This document shows positions 24,298-37,347 of a stretch of 63,156 bases of DNA, piece after piece; within the stretch, counting starts at the first letter, position 1, and the number at the start of each line of letters is the position of its first letter. Under the pieces are notes generated by a model that was given only the letters and a program-made list of their open reading frames with translations, searched no databases and had not been told where the DNA came from. Made by a program: the position numbers and the translations under genes. Location: the NCBI GenBank assembly GCA_000388065.2, contig KB932202.1. One strand, given 5' to 3'. The stretch is from Fonticula alba ATCC 38817. Its lineage: Eukaryota; Protista; Nucleariida.

Positions 24298-25231
24298 GCT
24301 TGCGTGAAGCATGCAAAGGGGTGGTGCTTGTGTGCCCGAGAAGCAGCAAGAGACACGGGGGGAGGTGAGGCAGGTGAGGGAGGGAAGGGGGCGGCCCCGG
24401 GGCGGGGGGAGGGTTGCGCGCGAGGCTCCCCCCAGCTTTGGCGCCAATGTCCGGGGGGTGTGGTTTTCTCAGCATTTCCGGCGATCCGTGAGGACCGTGC
24501 TGCCCTTGCTGCCGGACAGCGCGCGGGCGTGGGCAGGCTCCCGGCAGGGCGCCAGAGCATCAGCCACCAAGACGCTTCAGATCTGGGCTCCAGAATCCAC
24601 GGTCAGCCGACCCGCACAACACGTGCCGCCGTCTGAGGCGTGTATCATCATTACCCACAATGCTTGCCTGGCGCCCCCCCCCCGGGGGGCGGCCACCAGG
24701 AGGGGGGAGGGGGTGGACGACGCATGTGTGTCGACCCTTCACGATTGGGCCGGCCAGAGACGCAAAGAGGACAGCGCGGGAAGGAGCTGTTCTCTCGGGC
24801 CCCTCCCGCCGCCCCGTGCTCGCGTTCATGCACCCGCGCGCCCTCGCCCAGCAGGGACTACAAAGCACAAAAAAAGGAGACGAGTAAAATGGCGCAAATG
24901 ACGCTGCCCCCCCCCCACCCCCACACACACGCCCGTCCGGGAATCTCAGACCCGCCTCGGGCCGGTCTCAGCCCACCCCGCGTAGCCGTGTTGGCCGGTT
25001 AGTTTTGGGCCGCCGCAGGCACCTATTCTTGTGCACTTTGGCCAAGGGCGAGTGGGCGTTTGGGTTGTCCTCTTTGAGCACCAGCCCGCCGGAGGCTGCC
25101 AGCCCCTCTTGGGCCCCGCCCCACGGAGGGGTAACATGTAGCCGCGCGAGAACGGCCTCGACAACCGCGTGCGTCTGTGTGTATGTGCCCCTTCTTTCCC
25201 GGGGCCGGGCGCCCCCGCCCCCTCCCCCCCT

Positions 25232-25273
25232 CCCGCTCCCGCTCCCGCTCCCGCTCCCGCTCCCGCTCCCGCT
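25232..25273 (+). repeat. (CCCGCT)7 hexamer repeat
   Basis: Seven perfect units. Confidence 0.95.
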
Positions 25274-28200
25274 CCCTGGGCGGGCAGAGGGCCGCGGGAG
25301 GAACAGAGCTACCGCCGCACATCGCCCCCTGGGGAAATCGATGCCTTTGGGGCACCATGGCGCGGAGCTACCCTGCATCGACAAGTTCCGCGGGCCATGT
25401 CATGGGGTCGGAGATTTTAGCCCCCCCCCCCCCCCCTCCCCCGCGCTCCCGCCCTCCGCTCCTCGGCCCCTGCTGGTGGGTGGCTCGGGGCCTCGGGTCG
25501 GGGGAGGGGAGGGGGAAAAGGGCCACGTCGAAGTGAAAGCCCCAAAGATGCCAGCCCCCAAGTTCGGCAAGCACACACGGACATACTTTTGCAGGGAGAA
25601 ATATGTATAGACCGTACCTGCACACGGGCGCGGGCCGTTTGTCAAGGTGGGTCCGGGACTCGGGCTGACCGCAGGCTGGCTGTCGGCCGAACCGACTGGC
25701 CTCTGCTAGCGCACGTGTGAAATGCCGGGCAGGGAGTCGGCTCTCGACTGGCGCATGGAGTGCGCATGTCGCGCCGGCTCGTGCCTGGGGGGCCGGGGTG
25801 GGGGTGCAGCCGGAGGGGGCCGGCATTTGCTCGGCCTTTTTTTTTTCTAACGGGTTGACATGTGGCAAGCTACACCACCCCACCAACACCCGATCGGCGT
25901 GAGAGTCGGGGCTTGGGCCGGGCCGTCTCGCCCGGCCCGGAGTCCCCGCCGTGGCGGCCCAAGAAAAGCGATTCCCGGGAAGGTGAGCCGGGGACCTGGG
26001 CCACGGTGCTCAAGGCGACCCCCGAGCCATCCCCCCTCGCGCCCCGTGTGAAAGCTCGTCATTCTGCAGGACCCGGCCCCCTTGCAATGCCGGCCCGGCG
26101 TACGAGGCGGCGAGAGCACGCGGGAAAGCGATACACATGTGCATGCGCCACCCCGGCTCCCCATGAGAAAGGGCATGGGGCATGATGACCCACAATCTGC
26201 CGACGGGCCGGTCGAAATGCGGTGCCCCTGACAAACGGGCCGCCCGCCCCGCCATGCTCAAGTCCGGGCTTCGGGCTTTCGCGCCATCCTCACCTTTCGC
26301 TCGCGGTCGCGCCCTCGTTGTGTCTCTTTCTCTTTCTCTTTCTCTCTCTCTCTCTTTCTCTCGCGGGATCCCTCGCGCCTTTCCCTGCCGTCCTCCCCCC
26401 CCCCCCGGGGTGGGCGGGGAGCCATCGGGGAGGACAGCCTCCCGCCAAAGCAGCTGACCGAGCAGAAGGACAGCAAAATGAAGTACGGCCATAAATAATG
26501 ATCTCCCGAAAACACCGCAAACACCATACGTAGCTGGGCCTCTCCCTCGGGGGGCATCCCTTCGCGAGAGTTCTCGATGTACGTGCGCGCGAGCCCGACC
26601 CTGGTGGAGTAGTGGCACAAGCGTGCTGGCCGGCAGTGCACTGGCAACGGGACATTAGGCCGGTCTCTGGCCGGACACCCGGAGCGGCGCACACCGGTGG
26701 CAAAGATGACGGGAAGTTAGATCGCAGGCAAAGGCGATGGATGGGGGCCACCCGCGAGCATTCAGGCATTTTGTCCCTGCAGGCGCCCTTGCGCCCGCAC
26801 GCCCCGCTGTAATTGGCGTCCGTGCCGACTCTTGGAGCATTCGGGGAAGTGCCTCACGGGGAACGACCAACTGAAAGAAGGAGGATGTTTTTCCGTTTGT
26901 CTCATCCCTGGCGACCCAGTTGGCGTGTATCGGTATCCATCCAGGCGAGCGGGCGGTCTGGGCCCATCCCTTTGGGTTCTTCCGAGCCGCCCTTCCTCTC
27001 TGTCTCTCTCTCTCTCTCTCGCACACACACACACACATGGACACGTGCACGTACATGCTCGCTCACTCGAATACAACCTTACAGGTGGCGGGAGCCGGGG
27101 GGGAGGGGGGGGAGGGGGCAGATCTAGCCTCTGGAAATTCCCCACAAAGCACACTTGTACGGCCTTCGGCTCCGGTGTGCAGCCCCGGAGGATTGTGCTT
27201 ATTGGCACCACCGGCCTGGGCGAGGCGCCGAGGGCGGCACACCGTCGGGCAGGGATGTTTGTGCAGGCGTGGTTGCTGCCACCCCGGGTGCCACTACTGA
27301 AAGGGGGGCCAGCCCCGTCTGGGTGCCCCCACTCCATTTCTCGAGCAGTTGAATGACCGAATGGTGGGCTCGTACACAAGCGCACGCGGGCGGCTCCTTT
27401 CTGTCCTTCGCCCCCCCCCCCCCGCCCCCCCGCTCTGTCGGTCTGCCGCTCTCCCCGCTGGTAAGGCTGTCCCCCCGAGGAAAGCTCCCGAGTGTGCAAT
27501 ATCCCCATCTACACCATGCGTGGGTGGGCGAGGGACGCCTTGGGCCGGCTCTTGCGCATGAATGCCGAAAGCCCCTTGGGGGGGGGGGGAACTGCGAGGG
27601 TCGCCCGCTTGTCGGGGCCATCGCGCACACCGGGATGTACCCCGTTGGCGCGATCCCCTCCGGCTCTCCCCAGCCCCCGAGCCCAACCGGGAGCGGCGCC
27701 CATTTTTCCCCACCCCTGGTGATGAATTAATTTCCCCCGCGACTGGCTGCCAGTGTGCCACTGCGCGTTTGCCCACAGCCAAGAATAGTGCACTCCCGAC
27801 CGCGGGAGCGCCGGCACACTTGCATGCACATGGGCGCCGAGCGCGAAGCAGATATGTGTGCGTGTGCGTGTGTGTGGTCTGATCAATGCACCGGAAATGC
27901 ATTGGGGGATCCGTGTGACGGATCGATGCGCGTCGGCACTCCATCATGTGGAGAAATAAACAAACACTCCCGCACACCCACACACCCACACACATGCACG
28001 CCCGAGTGGAGGACCGGGCGGGCACGCAGGCAGAAGGATCCCCCCCCCCCTACTACAAGGTCCACACGCACACATCCTCACTAACATGTCCCCCGGGAGC
28101 TCAGGCAAAAGGAGAGCCAGCAATGGGCTGGAAGCCGCGGCAAGGGTAATAGGGAAGAAGTTGCGGCCTGTTCCCGCCCTCCCAGGGACCCACTTGCCCC

Positions 28201-28466
28201 TCACACCGATATGGTAGCCAATGGCAGAATTGCCCCGTCTCCCCCTCCCAACCCGTCTGCTCTGTATAAGGGTAACCCCCTTGGCCGGCGACTTTTAGAT
28301 CTTCCCCCACAAGCATCTCGCCTTCTCGTTCTTTTGGCCGTCTCCCATGCACCCGAAGCCGCCTAAGGCCTCTTCTCGCGTCCCGGCCCCTCGCCGCTAC
28401 TCCTGACTCTGCTCGGCCGGCACCCAACCGGACCTCGGCCTCGGCCTCGCCTCCAATACCCTCTCA

Positions 28467-28540
28467 GCCACCGATCCCAGCCACCGGTCCAAAGCCACCG
28501 ATCCAAAGCCACCGATCCAAAGCCACCGATCCAAAGCCAC
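28467..28540 (+). repeat. 14-bp tandem minisatellite (GCCACCGATCCAAA) x about 5
   Basis: Three perfect and two variant adjacent units with no spacers, ending about 33 nt before ATG 28573. Confidence 0.92.
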
Positions 28541-28572
28541 ACGTCTCAACCACTGTCCATGCCAGCTGAAGG

Positions 28573-31500
28573 ATGATCTGTCTACTCCTTTTGGCTCTGG
28601 CGGCTCTTCTGGCCGAGGGTCCCGCCCGCGCCCAGGCCGCCGTGGCGGCCGAGCGCCCGGGCCTCCTAGTCGACCACCGGGCCTTGGACTTGGATTCCAT
28701 CCCCCTCTTCCCCCACAAGTACCACCTGATCCACCAAAACTATCCCCTCTCCGGGTACCAGGACGGGTGGTACACCCTGCGCGCGCATGACTACATGTCC
28801 CTCGATCCGAAGGCCGATCCGCTGGCGGCGGACGGCTATGAAGAGGTGGACCTCGGGGACTTGACCCTGACTCGACGCCTGCCGGGGGCATCGGACCGGT
28901 CGAGCGCCGGCACGGACGCGGTGCCGCCCCCGTACGAGCTGTCCGGGGGGCTGTTCGGCCGCGGGCCGCCGGAGCCGATCCTGGTCAATGCCCGTGGCGA
29001 GGGGTTCGGCCTTTGGGTCGAGCGGAATAACACCACCCACGAGTACTTTCCCCATGTCCAAGTGCACGATTGGCAAATGGTCATGCACTCCGGAGACCGG
29101 GCCCGGTCGGTGGTCCTGCCCTATCGGCTGCTCGGGGTCTTCACCCTTGACGCGTGTCCCTGGACCACCCAGACCGGCCAGTGCCCGCTGGGGCTGATGG
29201 TGGACCACCCCTTCGGGCCGATGCTCAGTGTGACCTTCATCCGCCAGCAGGATGGCTGGGAGTTGCTCTTCCCCGGCAGCAAGTTCCTCCACCACCCGGG
29301 GGACTTCCTGGTGTCGGCCAATCTCACCGGCACCGGCCGCATGGACATCTACCAGGTGGTGGTGGAGGGCAAGCGCGCTCGACTGCTGCGGTTCTTCCTC
29401 CACTGGACCGGCAATACGCCGGGGTCCGATGGGTGGACCGAGCTGCTTAGCTGGCCGGTCGATGGGCCGGTGGTGTCCTTCCGGTCGATGTACCTGGACC
29501 CGAAGGCCGAGTGCCCGGTCTTCGTGGTATCGACCCAGCGCACCAATGACATGCGCACCTACGACTTCCTGGTAAACCGGGCATGCGGCAGCCGGGCCCC
29601 GAGCATGTCCTGGCACACGTCGCTGACCAATCTCTTTGAGCTGCACTTCCAGCAGGTCGTCGCCGGACCGGCGGAGCCCCGGCGAGCGGTCACCTCCACC
29701 GGCACGGGCATCATCGTGTGGGATGGGGTGCCGAGCCTCGAGCGGATCCTGTGCACGGGCCCCGAGTGCCGGAATGCCCGCATGGACATCAACCTGTCCG
29801 GGACCATCTGGCTGCCTGCCGACAAGTTTGCCTTCGTGGACTTCCTCGGCCAAAAGTCCGGCCGGTATCCCCTTGATGGCCTGCCCTTGGATTTGGTTCT
29901 CCTGTCCAAGTCCCAATTCCTGCAGGTTCACTCGCTGGAGCCGCGCCTGGCTCATCCGATGGTGGGCCTTCGCAACCACCTGGAGCTTAGTCGTTCATCG
30001 ACATACATGCTTTGTCCGCCGGCCTACCGCTGGCAGGATCCCAACCATGGGGCGTGCGCCGCCTGCAAGGAGGGCAGCTACAATCCAGCCTACAACCCGG
30101 CAGCGCCAGCCATCCAACGTACGGCGCCCCATTTTCCATTCGCCCCCCGCCCCCCTTGTCGGGCCCGCTCTCCTTCGGTGCTTTTTGCCCGTGCCATGGG
30201 CCTCTTTCCTTTTCGGGCCCAGCCTCGAGGCCCTCATTCCGCTGGCCTGCACTCCATGCCGGTGTCCCTATGTTAGCTCGCGCCTGGCCGGGCTGCCCTG
30301 TCCCCTCCGCCCCCTCCGCCCCCTCCGCCCCTCCGCCCCCTCCGCCCCCTCCGCCCCCTCCGCTACATCGGTCCGCTCCCCATCCTTGCGCTGGCTAACA
30401 TCACGGCGATCATTTCCCAGGCCCGAAGGAGTGTCGTGCCTGCCCGAAGGGCTGCCGGACGTGCCTCACACCGGAAGAGTGCCTGGCCTGTGCCAGTGGT
30501 ACCAAAGTCCTGCCATGGGCGCCGAAGCTCGCCCGGCCCAATCCCCAGTGCCTGGCCGCCTGTCCGCAGGGCCACATCGAGTATTACATTGGCATCTGCC
30601 TGCATGAGAGCCTGGTGGCCAAGCCGCCGGCGTCCATCCAGCCACGAGTGTACATGAATGAGGAGAACCTGGACGCCCGGCCGACGCGCATCGGCGCCAA
30701 CTACACGGCCGGGCCGGTGGCCGGGCGCTCCTGGCTACTGGTCAACAAGCAAACCACCCGGCCGAAGGTGTGTGCCTTTGAGGTCCGCCCGGCCGGGCTC
30801 GTGGTCGAGTGCGAGACTGTCTTCCTGGATCCCTACGACAATGCGGCCAATGGGGGGGTGGAATTCTTCGAGCACCCCACCGAGCCGGACGGCACGCAGT
30901 CCTGGTCGGTGGTGCACTTTTCCTACCGCATGCGGCCCTCCTACCGGCACACCTGGACCCGGCGGCCGGCCCCAGCCTCGTCGGGCACTGGGTCCAAGAC
31001 GCCCGGGAGCGCCTCCCCGGTGGGTGGGAAGTCCGCGGCCGGGGTAAAAGTGTCCCCCGGGGCCGGGGGCTCCGGCTCCTCGAATGCCGAGGTCACCTCC
31101 TTTGAGCGGGTGGAATTCCCGATGGTCGACGGGGCCAATCATGAGGCCTTCCGGATGCTGACCCGGCCGTGGCTACTTCGCGATGGGTCCCGCCGCATGA
31201 CCACCATGGCCTTCGGCCGAGGGAGCAACTACTTCGATGGGCGCCGGTCTGGCGCGGCCCTGGGCATCAAGGCCAAGGTCCTGGAAGCCCGGGTCATGGG
31301 CCCGGCCGATGGCCACCCGCATCTGCTCATCGGTGGCATGAGCCCGCGATCGACCAGTCTCTACATTTGCCACTTGGCCGGGGAGCCGGTGGCCTCCGGG
31401 CAGGGGTTCGCCTGCGGCGGGGGAAACCATGTGATCGGCATTGCCGGCGAGCCGGGCGCCGTCTTCACTTGGACCGTGGTCGACTGGAATGGCGACGGCT

Positions 31501-33351
31501 GGGACGATGTGCTGGTGTCCATCGTCAACAGCGGGCGCACATTCGAGTTCAAGCTTTTCCTCAATGCCCGCCTCGGGTCCGGCAGCGTGTCCTTCCAGGA
31601 GGTCATGCACACCAACACCCGGGTCAAGGCCGAGGCCTTGCCCCGCGTCACGGACATGGCCATGGCCCGGCTCATTCCCGGCGACGGGCCCGGCATCTTC
31701 CTGATGCTGGACAATGTGGGCTACTTCTTCCGGGCCTTCTTCGCGGACCCGCGCCACCCGAGCTGGGCCATTGTCCACCACCCGATGGAGCTGAAGATGG
31801 ACAGCATGCGGGCCGCTCTCAGCATCGAGGCCCACGACCTGACGGGCGACGGCCTGGACGAGGTGATCATTCGGTACACCCATACTGCCCACCTCCCGGC
31901 CCAGGTGGCTGTCCTCAATACCCAGGACTTCGCCAATCACTGTGGCTGTGGCAAGGAATTCGGCTCGTGCCAGGTGGACGCCTCGTGCACATGTGCGCCG
32001 GGGATGTATCGAACGTGTGCGTGACCTTTGCCCCCCCCCCCCCCCCCGACGAGGGACCGGCGGGCGACTCCGGCCGGCCCGGGTCGGGATGCTGGTGGCG
32101 GGAAAGGAGGTCCGGATCGTGCTTTGCCCACAACTACGGGGGCCGTTGATTGTGGGGTGGGCTACCCTGCGCCACATGGCGCCCGGATATGGGGGTCATC
32201 AGGGCAGGGGCCGGGGCCGGGGCCGGGGCCGGGGCCGGGGCCGGGAAGAACGCGGAGAGCAGGCGAGGCACACTCTCAAAGGCATTGCATACTCACACAC
32301 ACACACACACATACACACACACACACAAACACATACACACACTTGGCCGTTCATACGCTTGTCCCCCAACGACACCGGCGTCGGGCTTGTCCTGTGTGCG
32401 CTCTCCATTGGCCATGTCCTCAGTCGACCCGGACCGGCCGTGTGACCGGTGTGCGGCGGCTTGCGGCCCGGCCGGGTGCACTGGCCCCAAGGCGTCCCAG
32501 TGCCTGGATTGCGCCGAGGGCCTTCGTCACAGCCCGGGGGTGGGGTGCTACCGGTGCCCGGCCGGCTGCCAGGAGTGCGACCCGCATGTTCTTCTTGGTG
32601 GCAAGGCCAGCCCTGGACAGTCGGCCCGGGCTGGCCATGACGCTGGCGATGCTGGCAACGACGACGACGACGACCAGGGCCCTCCACTAGCATCGTGTGT
32701 CAAGTGCGAAGATCTCTTCAGCCCCAGCAAGGGGCTCTGCTCCGCCAAGTGTCCCGGGGGGTCCTTCTTCGAAGAGAGTGACCCAGCTGTTTGCCGGCCC
32801 TGCGTGTCGCGGTGCCTCCGGTGCACGGGCCCCGGGGCCGGCGATTGCTTGGAGCTTGCCTCGGAGCAGGAGGAGTCGCCGCCAACCGGAAGTACGCCTC
32901 CCCGGCGGGTAGAAATTCCCCCGACTGACATCGTCATCTCCACTCCGCGCCCGCCCGCTTGCGAATGTCGCATTGCCGCTGTGCACCGGATTTTCCGACC
33001 CCTCCATGCGCTTGTTTGCGAATGTTGCAGGAAGAATCGGTCCAAGTGATTCGAAAGAGCATCCGGCCAGGAGACTGAAAGCCACCGAGTGAACGTGTGA
33101 ATCGCCCTATGCCGGCCACGGCCGAGGGCAGCAAGGGAGGGCGTTCGCTTCCCGGCCCGACGGGCGCCCGGGGCCCAGCCACCTAGGTCTCACGGCTTCT
33201 CGCGGGCCAGACACCGTGATGGGCCAGGGGACGGGCGGCTGTGCGTCCGGAGTAATGGCTGTGCTTGCGCGGAGCCGTGTCAGTGTCGGCGTTTGCGTGT
33301 GTGGCTGTGTGTGTTTGTTTGTTTTGCATGTTTGCTCTTGTGCGCGCGCGC

Positions 33352-33393
<42 letters not shown>

Positions 33394-35240
33394 ACCGGCA
33401 TATAGACACGCACACGCACACACATACAGCAGTATGCGTTTAGACGTGTCGGGAAAGGGGCCCCCGGTCGGTGCCAGGACCAAGGTGGAAATCGGTTCTC
33501 CGCCACCCACCTCCCCTTCTCTCCGGAAGATCCGTGCGGCCGTCTTTCCATGGAGCAATCCCGCCTGTGACGCCTAAAGCGCGGGCGGGAGAGGCCAAGA
33601 GCGGCCACCGAGCACGCAGAGAGTTCCACGAGAGAAGAAGAGGCAGATCGAAAGGAATATAGAGCAAGCGAGCGACCGAGGGAGGGCATGTAGATGGTGA
33701 TCTCCCTTCCTCCGCCCTCCGTGGATTCACAGGAGGCCCCCCCCCCCCCCCGCGTCCTGCTCGTGCCCCGTGTCCCACTCGTGTCCCGTGTCTACCCCTG
33801 TGAGAAAGCGACCTGAGGCCCTCCCGGCCGGTGAGACCCTTGCCACTTTATTGCCATCCCTACCGCAAGTCATCGACCTCCTTTCGAGCATGCGCCCCGG
33901 CTGCTGCTCGCTCCAGAGGCAGGATCCGGCCCGCGGCCTTTGTCCCTCTCTCTCTCTCTCTGCCCCCCCCCCCCAGCAAGGACACTTACCTGCTGTGAGC
34001 GCGCCTTTCCCCAGTGCCGCATGCCTGACCCGGCGCCCCTCATGCCCACGCGCCAGACTGGCATGCATGCATGCATGTGTATGTGTGTGTGTGTGTGCAT
34101 GCGTGCGTGTGCATGCGTGCGTGTGCCTGTGTATTTCCGTGTCTCTCTGTTTCAGAGTGGGTCTGTGTACCTGTGTCGCCTTTTTGGATCATGTAATTTT
34201 GTGTGTTTTGTACCTCAGGCCCAGTCCTGAGCCTTGCCTTTCACTCCGTGGGGGCCCGTCTCCCCACGTCGGAAATGTAGACTCCCCTTTCACCCCTGTG
34301 TGTTGTGTCGTGGCCGGGTGCTTCCTTTTCCATGGGCTGGCGAAAGCCGGCTCCCCCTCCCCCTCCCTCCCCCTTTCACCATACCCCCCTCCCCCCCCCC
34401 CACACACATACATACGCATGGCACCCGGGGAAGCTCTCCGCCACATGCCGCCATCTCACTCATGATGAATCCTTCGCCCCACCCCCCGGTCCCGTGAAAC
34501 CCGACTACCACTTGCCTTTCAGGCCGTGCCGTGTCGCCGCTCATTATTGGCCTGGTGTCAGCAGGGTCGGTGCTCATGATGGTGATCTTCCTGGCCATCA
34601 TTCTTTATTGCGTCATACACACACGCAAGGCCACCAATCGAAAGCTTCCCATCCCCATGGCTCGGCCGCGCCGAGAGACAGGCTATGCAGGGAAGTCCGT
34701 GCGTAATGTCCCGCAAAGAGAATGCCCGTCTTGGGTCCGGAGGGAGGGGGGGGGGGGGAGGGGTGGGGAACCAGCGAGGCCATTGTCCCCCCTCGCGATT
34801 GTCCATCGGACCTAACATCCTTGGTGATTGTGGCCTTTCGTCGAACGAACCCCCCCCCCTCGGGCCAATGGGCCGCTTGTGGACGCTACAGGACCCGGGC
34901 GGTGCGCTCATATCTGTGGTCAACCATTACCCTCCCCCCCCCCCCGTCCCCTCCCAATGCGACATGCCCTTCGACTGACATGCCTCTGGTGTCCTGCCTC
35001 CGCGCATCCTTCGCCCTCCGCCCGACATACATATTCCCACATGCACACACACACATGCACACACACACATGCACACAAACAGAAGATACCGCCCCGCCCA
35101 GCCTGGAAGACATGCCCATGGAAGAGTGTGCTGAAGGGTATCCCTACGACACATGCGAGCACCCTATTTCCGGAATCAATGATATTGCCCACTGTCTGGA
35201 TGACGGAGAGGCATACGGTCTGCCAGCAATGCGCAAATAG
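28573..35240 (+). CDS. Large secreted/surface protein with FG-GAP/VCBS-like repeats and furin-like Cys-rich repeats, probably single-pass TM
   Basis: Signal peptide MICLLLLALAALLA. Exons 28573-30118, 30421-32016 and 32424-32891 join in phase. Ca-binding-type repeats are ANLTGTGRMDI, VDWNGDGWDDVLV and HDLTGDGLDEVII; Cys-rich repeats include CRACPKGCRTCLTPEECLAC and CRPCVSRCLRCTGPGAGDCLEC-like strings. A TM exon (about 34523-34702, VSPLIIGLVSAGSVLMMVIFLAIILYCVI) and a tail exon (35083-35240) are linked less certainly. Confidence 0.75.
30302..30363 (+). repeat. Intronic (CCCCTCCGC)-type tandem repeat
   Basis: About 6 near-perfect 9-10 bp units in intron 1 of the FG-GAP-like gene. Confidence 0.85.
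32207..32242 (+). repeat. (GGGGCC)6 hexamer repeat
   Basis: Six perfect units inside intron 2 of the FG-GAP-like gene. Confidence 0.95.
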
Positions 35241-35908
35241 ATGCCCAGCTTGGTTGTTCGCCTCGCGGGGCACTCGTTTCCCCCTTCGCCTCCTGGCCAT
35301 GCTCCGGCCCGGGAGACACATGCATGGCGACACTTCGGCGCAACGACATTTCCCCCATGACGACCAGCGGGCACTTGATTTGCCTGTTGAGCTGCTGGCA
35401 GCCGGACGGGAGTAGGAAGGAGGGACGGGTGCGGGGGAGGGGGGGAGGATGGCCAGAACCACATCGACTAGGGGATTCCGAGGAAGTGGCCTCCCCCGGC
35501 ATGTCGCAGCAAAACCCCGGCTTCGCATTGCTCTTGCCAAAACAAGCAAGACATTCCCAATCCCCGGGGAAATGGGCCCTGGGCCAGGCCGGAGGTCAAA
35601 TGGCCTTCCGGTAGACAGGAAAAAGGGCTTTCTCCATCGGACTAGCCGTCCACAGAGATGCATAGCCAGAGCGAAGACAGCATGCGGAAGGAGACAAAAG
35701 GGAAGATACACGCGCATGCTGACACAAGGGGACGAAATGACTTTGGATGTATATGTACTAGGGAAGGAGGAGGGAGGCAGGGAGGGGATAAAAAGGGCTG
35801 GGCCACATGGTCACACGCGGGGGTGAGCCAAAAGAAAAAACGGGATCTATGCACCCGACCGTTCCGCGCGGGCGCCAGACGACGGGGAGTGGGGAGAGAG
35901 GGAGAGGG

Positions 35909-35940
<32 letters not shown>

Positions 35941-36500
35941 AGGGAGAGGGAGGGAGAGGGAGGAAGGCAGGCGCGAAATGTGGCCAGAGGGGCACAAGAA
36001 GGATGGGGCGAGGAGATTGGAGGGAGCGCGCTCAGGCGCCTGGTGGTTTCTAACTGAAAGGGCCGGACAGGTGGGCACACTGGCGCCTCGCCAAAGCTCC
36101 TCATTTCGCGGGGACAGCCTGTGAACAAGCGCCAGCATGTCGGCTGGAGGAGGCTTCCTCCCCGCCTCGCCCCGCGCCTTGGTCCGTGCCATGAGCAGAT
36201 GGAAGGATAGAGAGGGGGAAGGGACAGGAGGGAAGACAGCTGGTGCACGTGCGGCTCATGCAGGCAAAGCGAGGGACATCGCACTTGAGGGAGCGATTGG
36301 CTGAGAGGGAGAGGGAGAGAGGGAGAGAGGGGGGGGGGCGGTACTTTGAGGTACATGAGTGGATAGGCTTCCCGGGGAGAAGGAGAAGGAGAAGGAGAGA
36401 GGGAGAGAAAGGAAGAGCGCGGCACAGGCTCTGTTCTCGGGGGGAAGGGGGGGGGGGGAGGGAGAGAAAAAGGAGGAGACGTAAAAGCGTCACGCCCCGC

Positions 36501-37312
36501 TCACAGCTGGCTGAAGATGAAGAGGTTGTTGGTGGCAGCGACAGCAATGGAGTTCTCGCGAGGGTGCCAGGCGGCGTGGAGGATGCGCTTGGTGATGTCG
36601 AGGTTCTCCGGCGGGGAGTTCTGGCCTCCGCTAGAGGGGGAGAGGTCATCGCGGCGTTTCCGGATGCCCAGGCGCGAGCGGGACAGGCTCTGCTTCTTGC
36701 GGAAGGCGTTCTTCGAAGCCTCGAGCATGACCTCGCCGTTGCCGTGGATATCGTAAATGTGGAAGTTGTTGTTGTATGAGCCGGTAAGGCATTTCCTGGC
36801 GTGGGGGAAAGGGAGGGAGGAGGAGAGATGGCAAGGGGCAGCAACGCAATCGAGTCAGGACACAGGATGAACGGGCGCGCGCGCGCGCGCGCGGGGTGGC
36901 GTGAGACGTGGCGAGGTCGCGGTGGACCTGAGGGATGGAGGGGGGTGGGGGGTGGGGTGGGGGGTATCACACGCACTGGCTGTCGCCATTGAAGATGCAC
37001 TCGAACTTGTCGAAGATGCAGTCGCCCTCGTAGAGATCGCACAGCTTCGGGCGGAGGTGCTCATGAATGTGGATGGTCTTGATGGGCTCACGGTCCATGT
37101 TGATATCCCAGATCTTCAGAGTAAGGTAGTCTCTGGAAGCCAGGTACCGGCCGTCGGGAGAGAAACGCACGTCCGAGATGGAGGTGATGATCTCGGAGAA
37201 GAAGGACTTGTCCGTGAGGTCGTCGTCGACATAGAAGACTACCAGGGGTGGGGTGGTTTGGTTGGGAGAGCGCGCTCTTCGAGGAAGGGAGCGAGACAGA
37301 GAGCGAGAGAGC

Positions 37313-37347
<35 letters not shown>

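Noticed and set aside
28467-28540. Direct repeats as a CRISPR array
   Set aside because: The units are 14 bp and adjacent, with no unique spacers. There are no cas genes and the context is eukaryotic.
33985-33993. ACTTACCTG as the 5' end of U1 snRNA
   Set aside because: The downstream sequence shows no U1 stem-loops or Sm site. It is a 9-mer match, equivalent to a donor-like motif on the minus strand.
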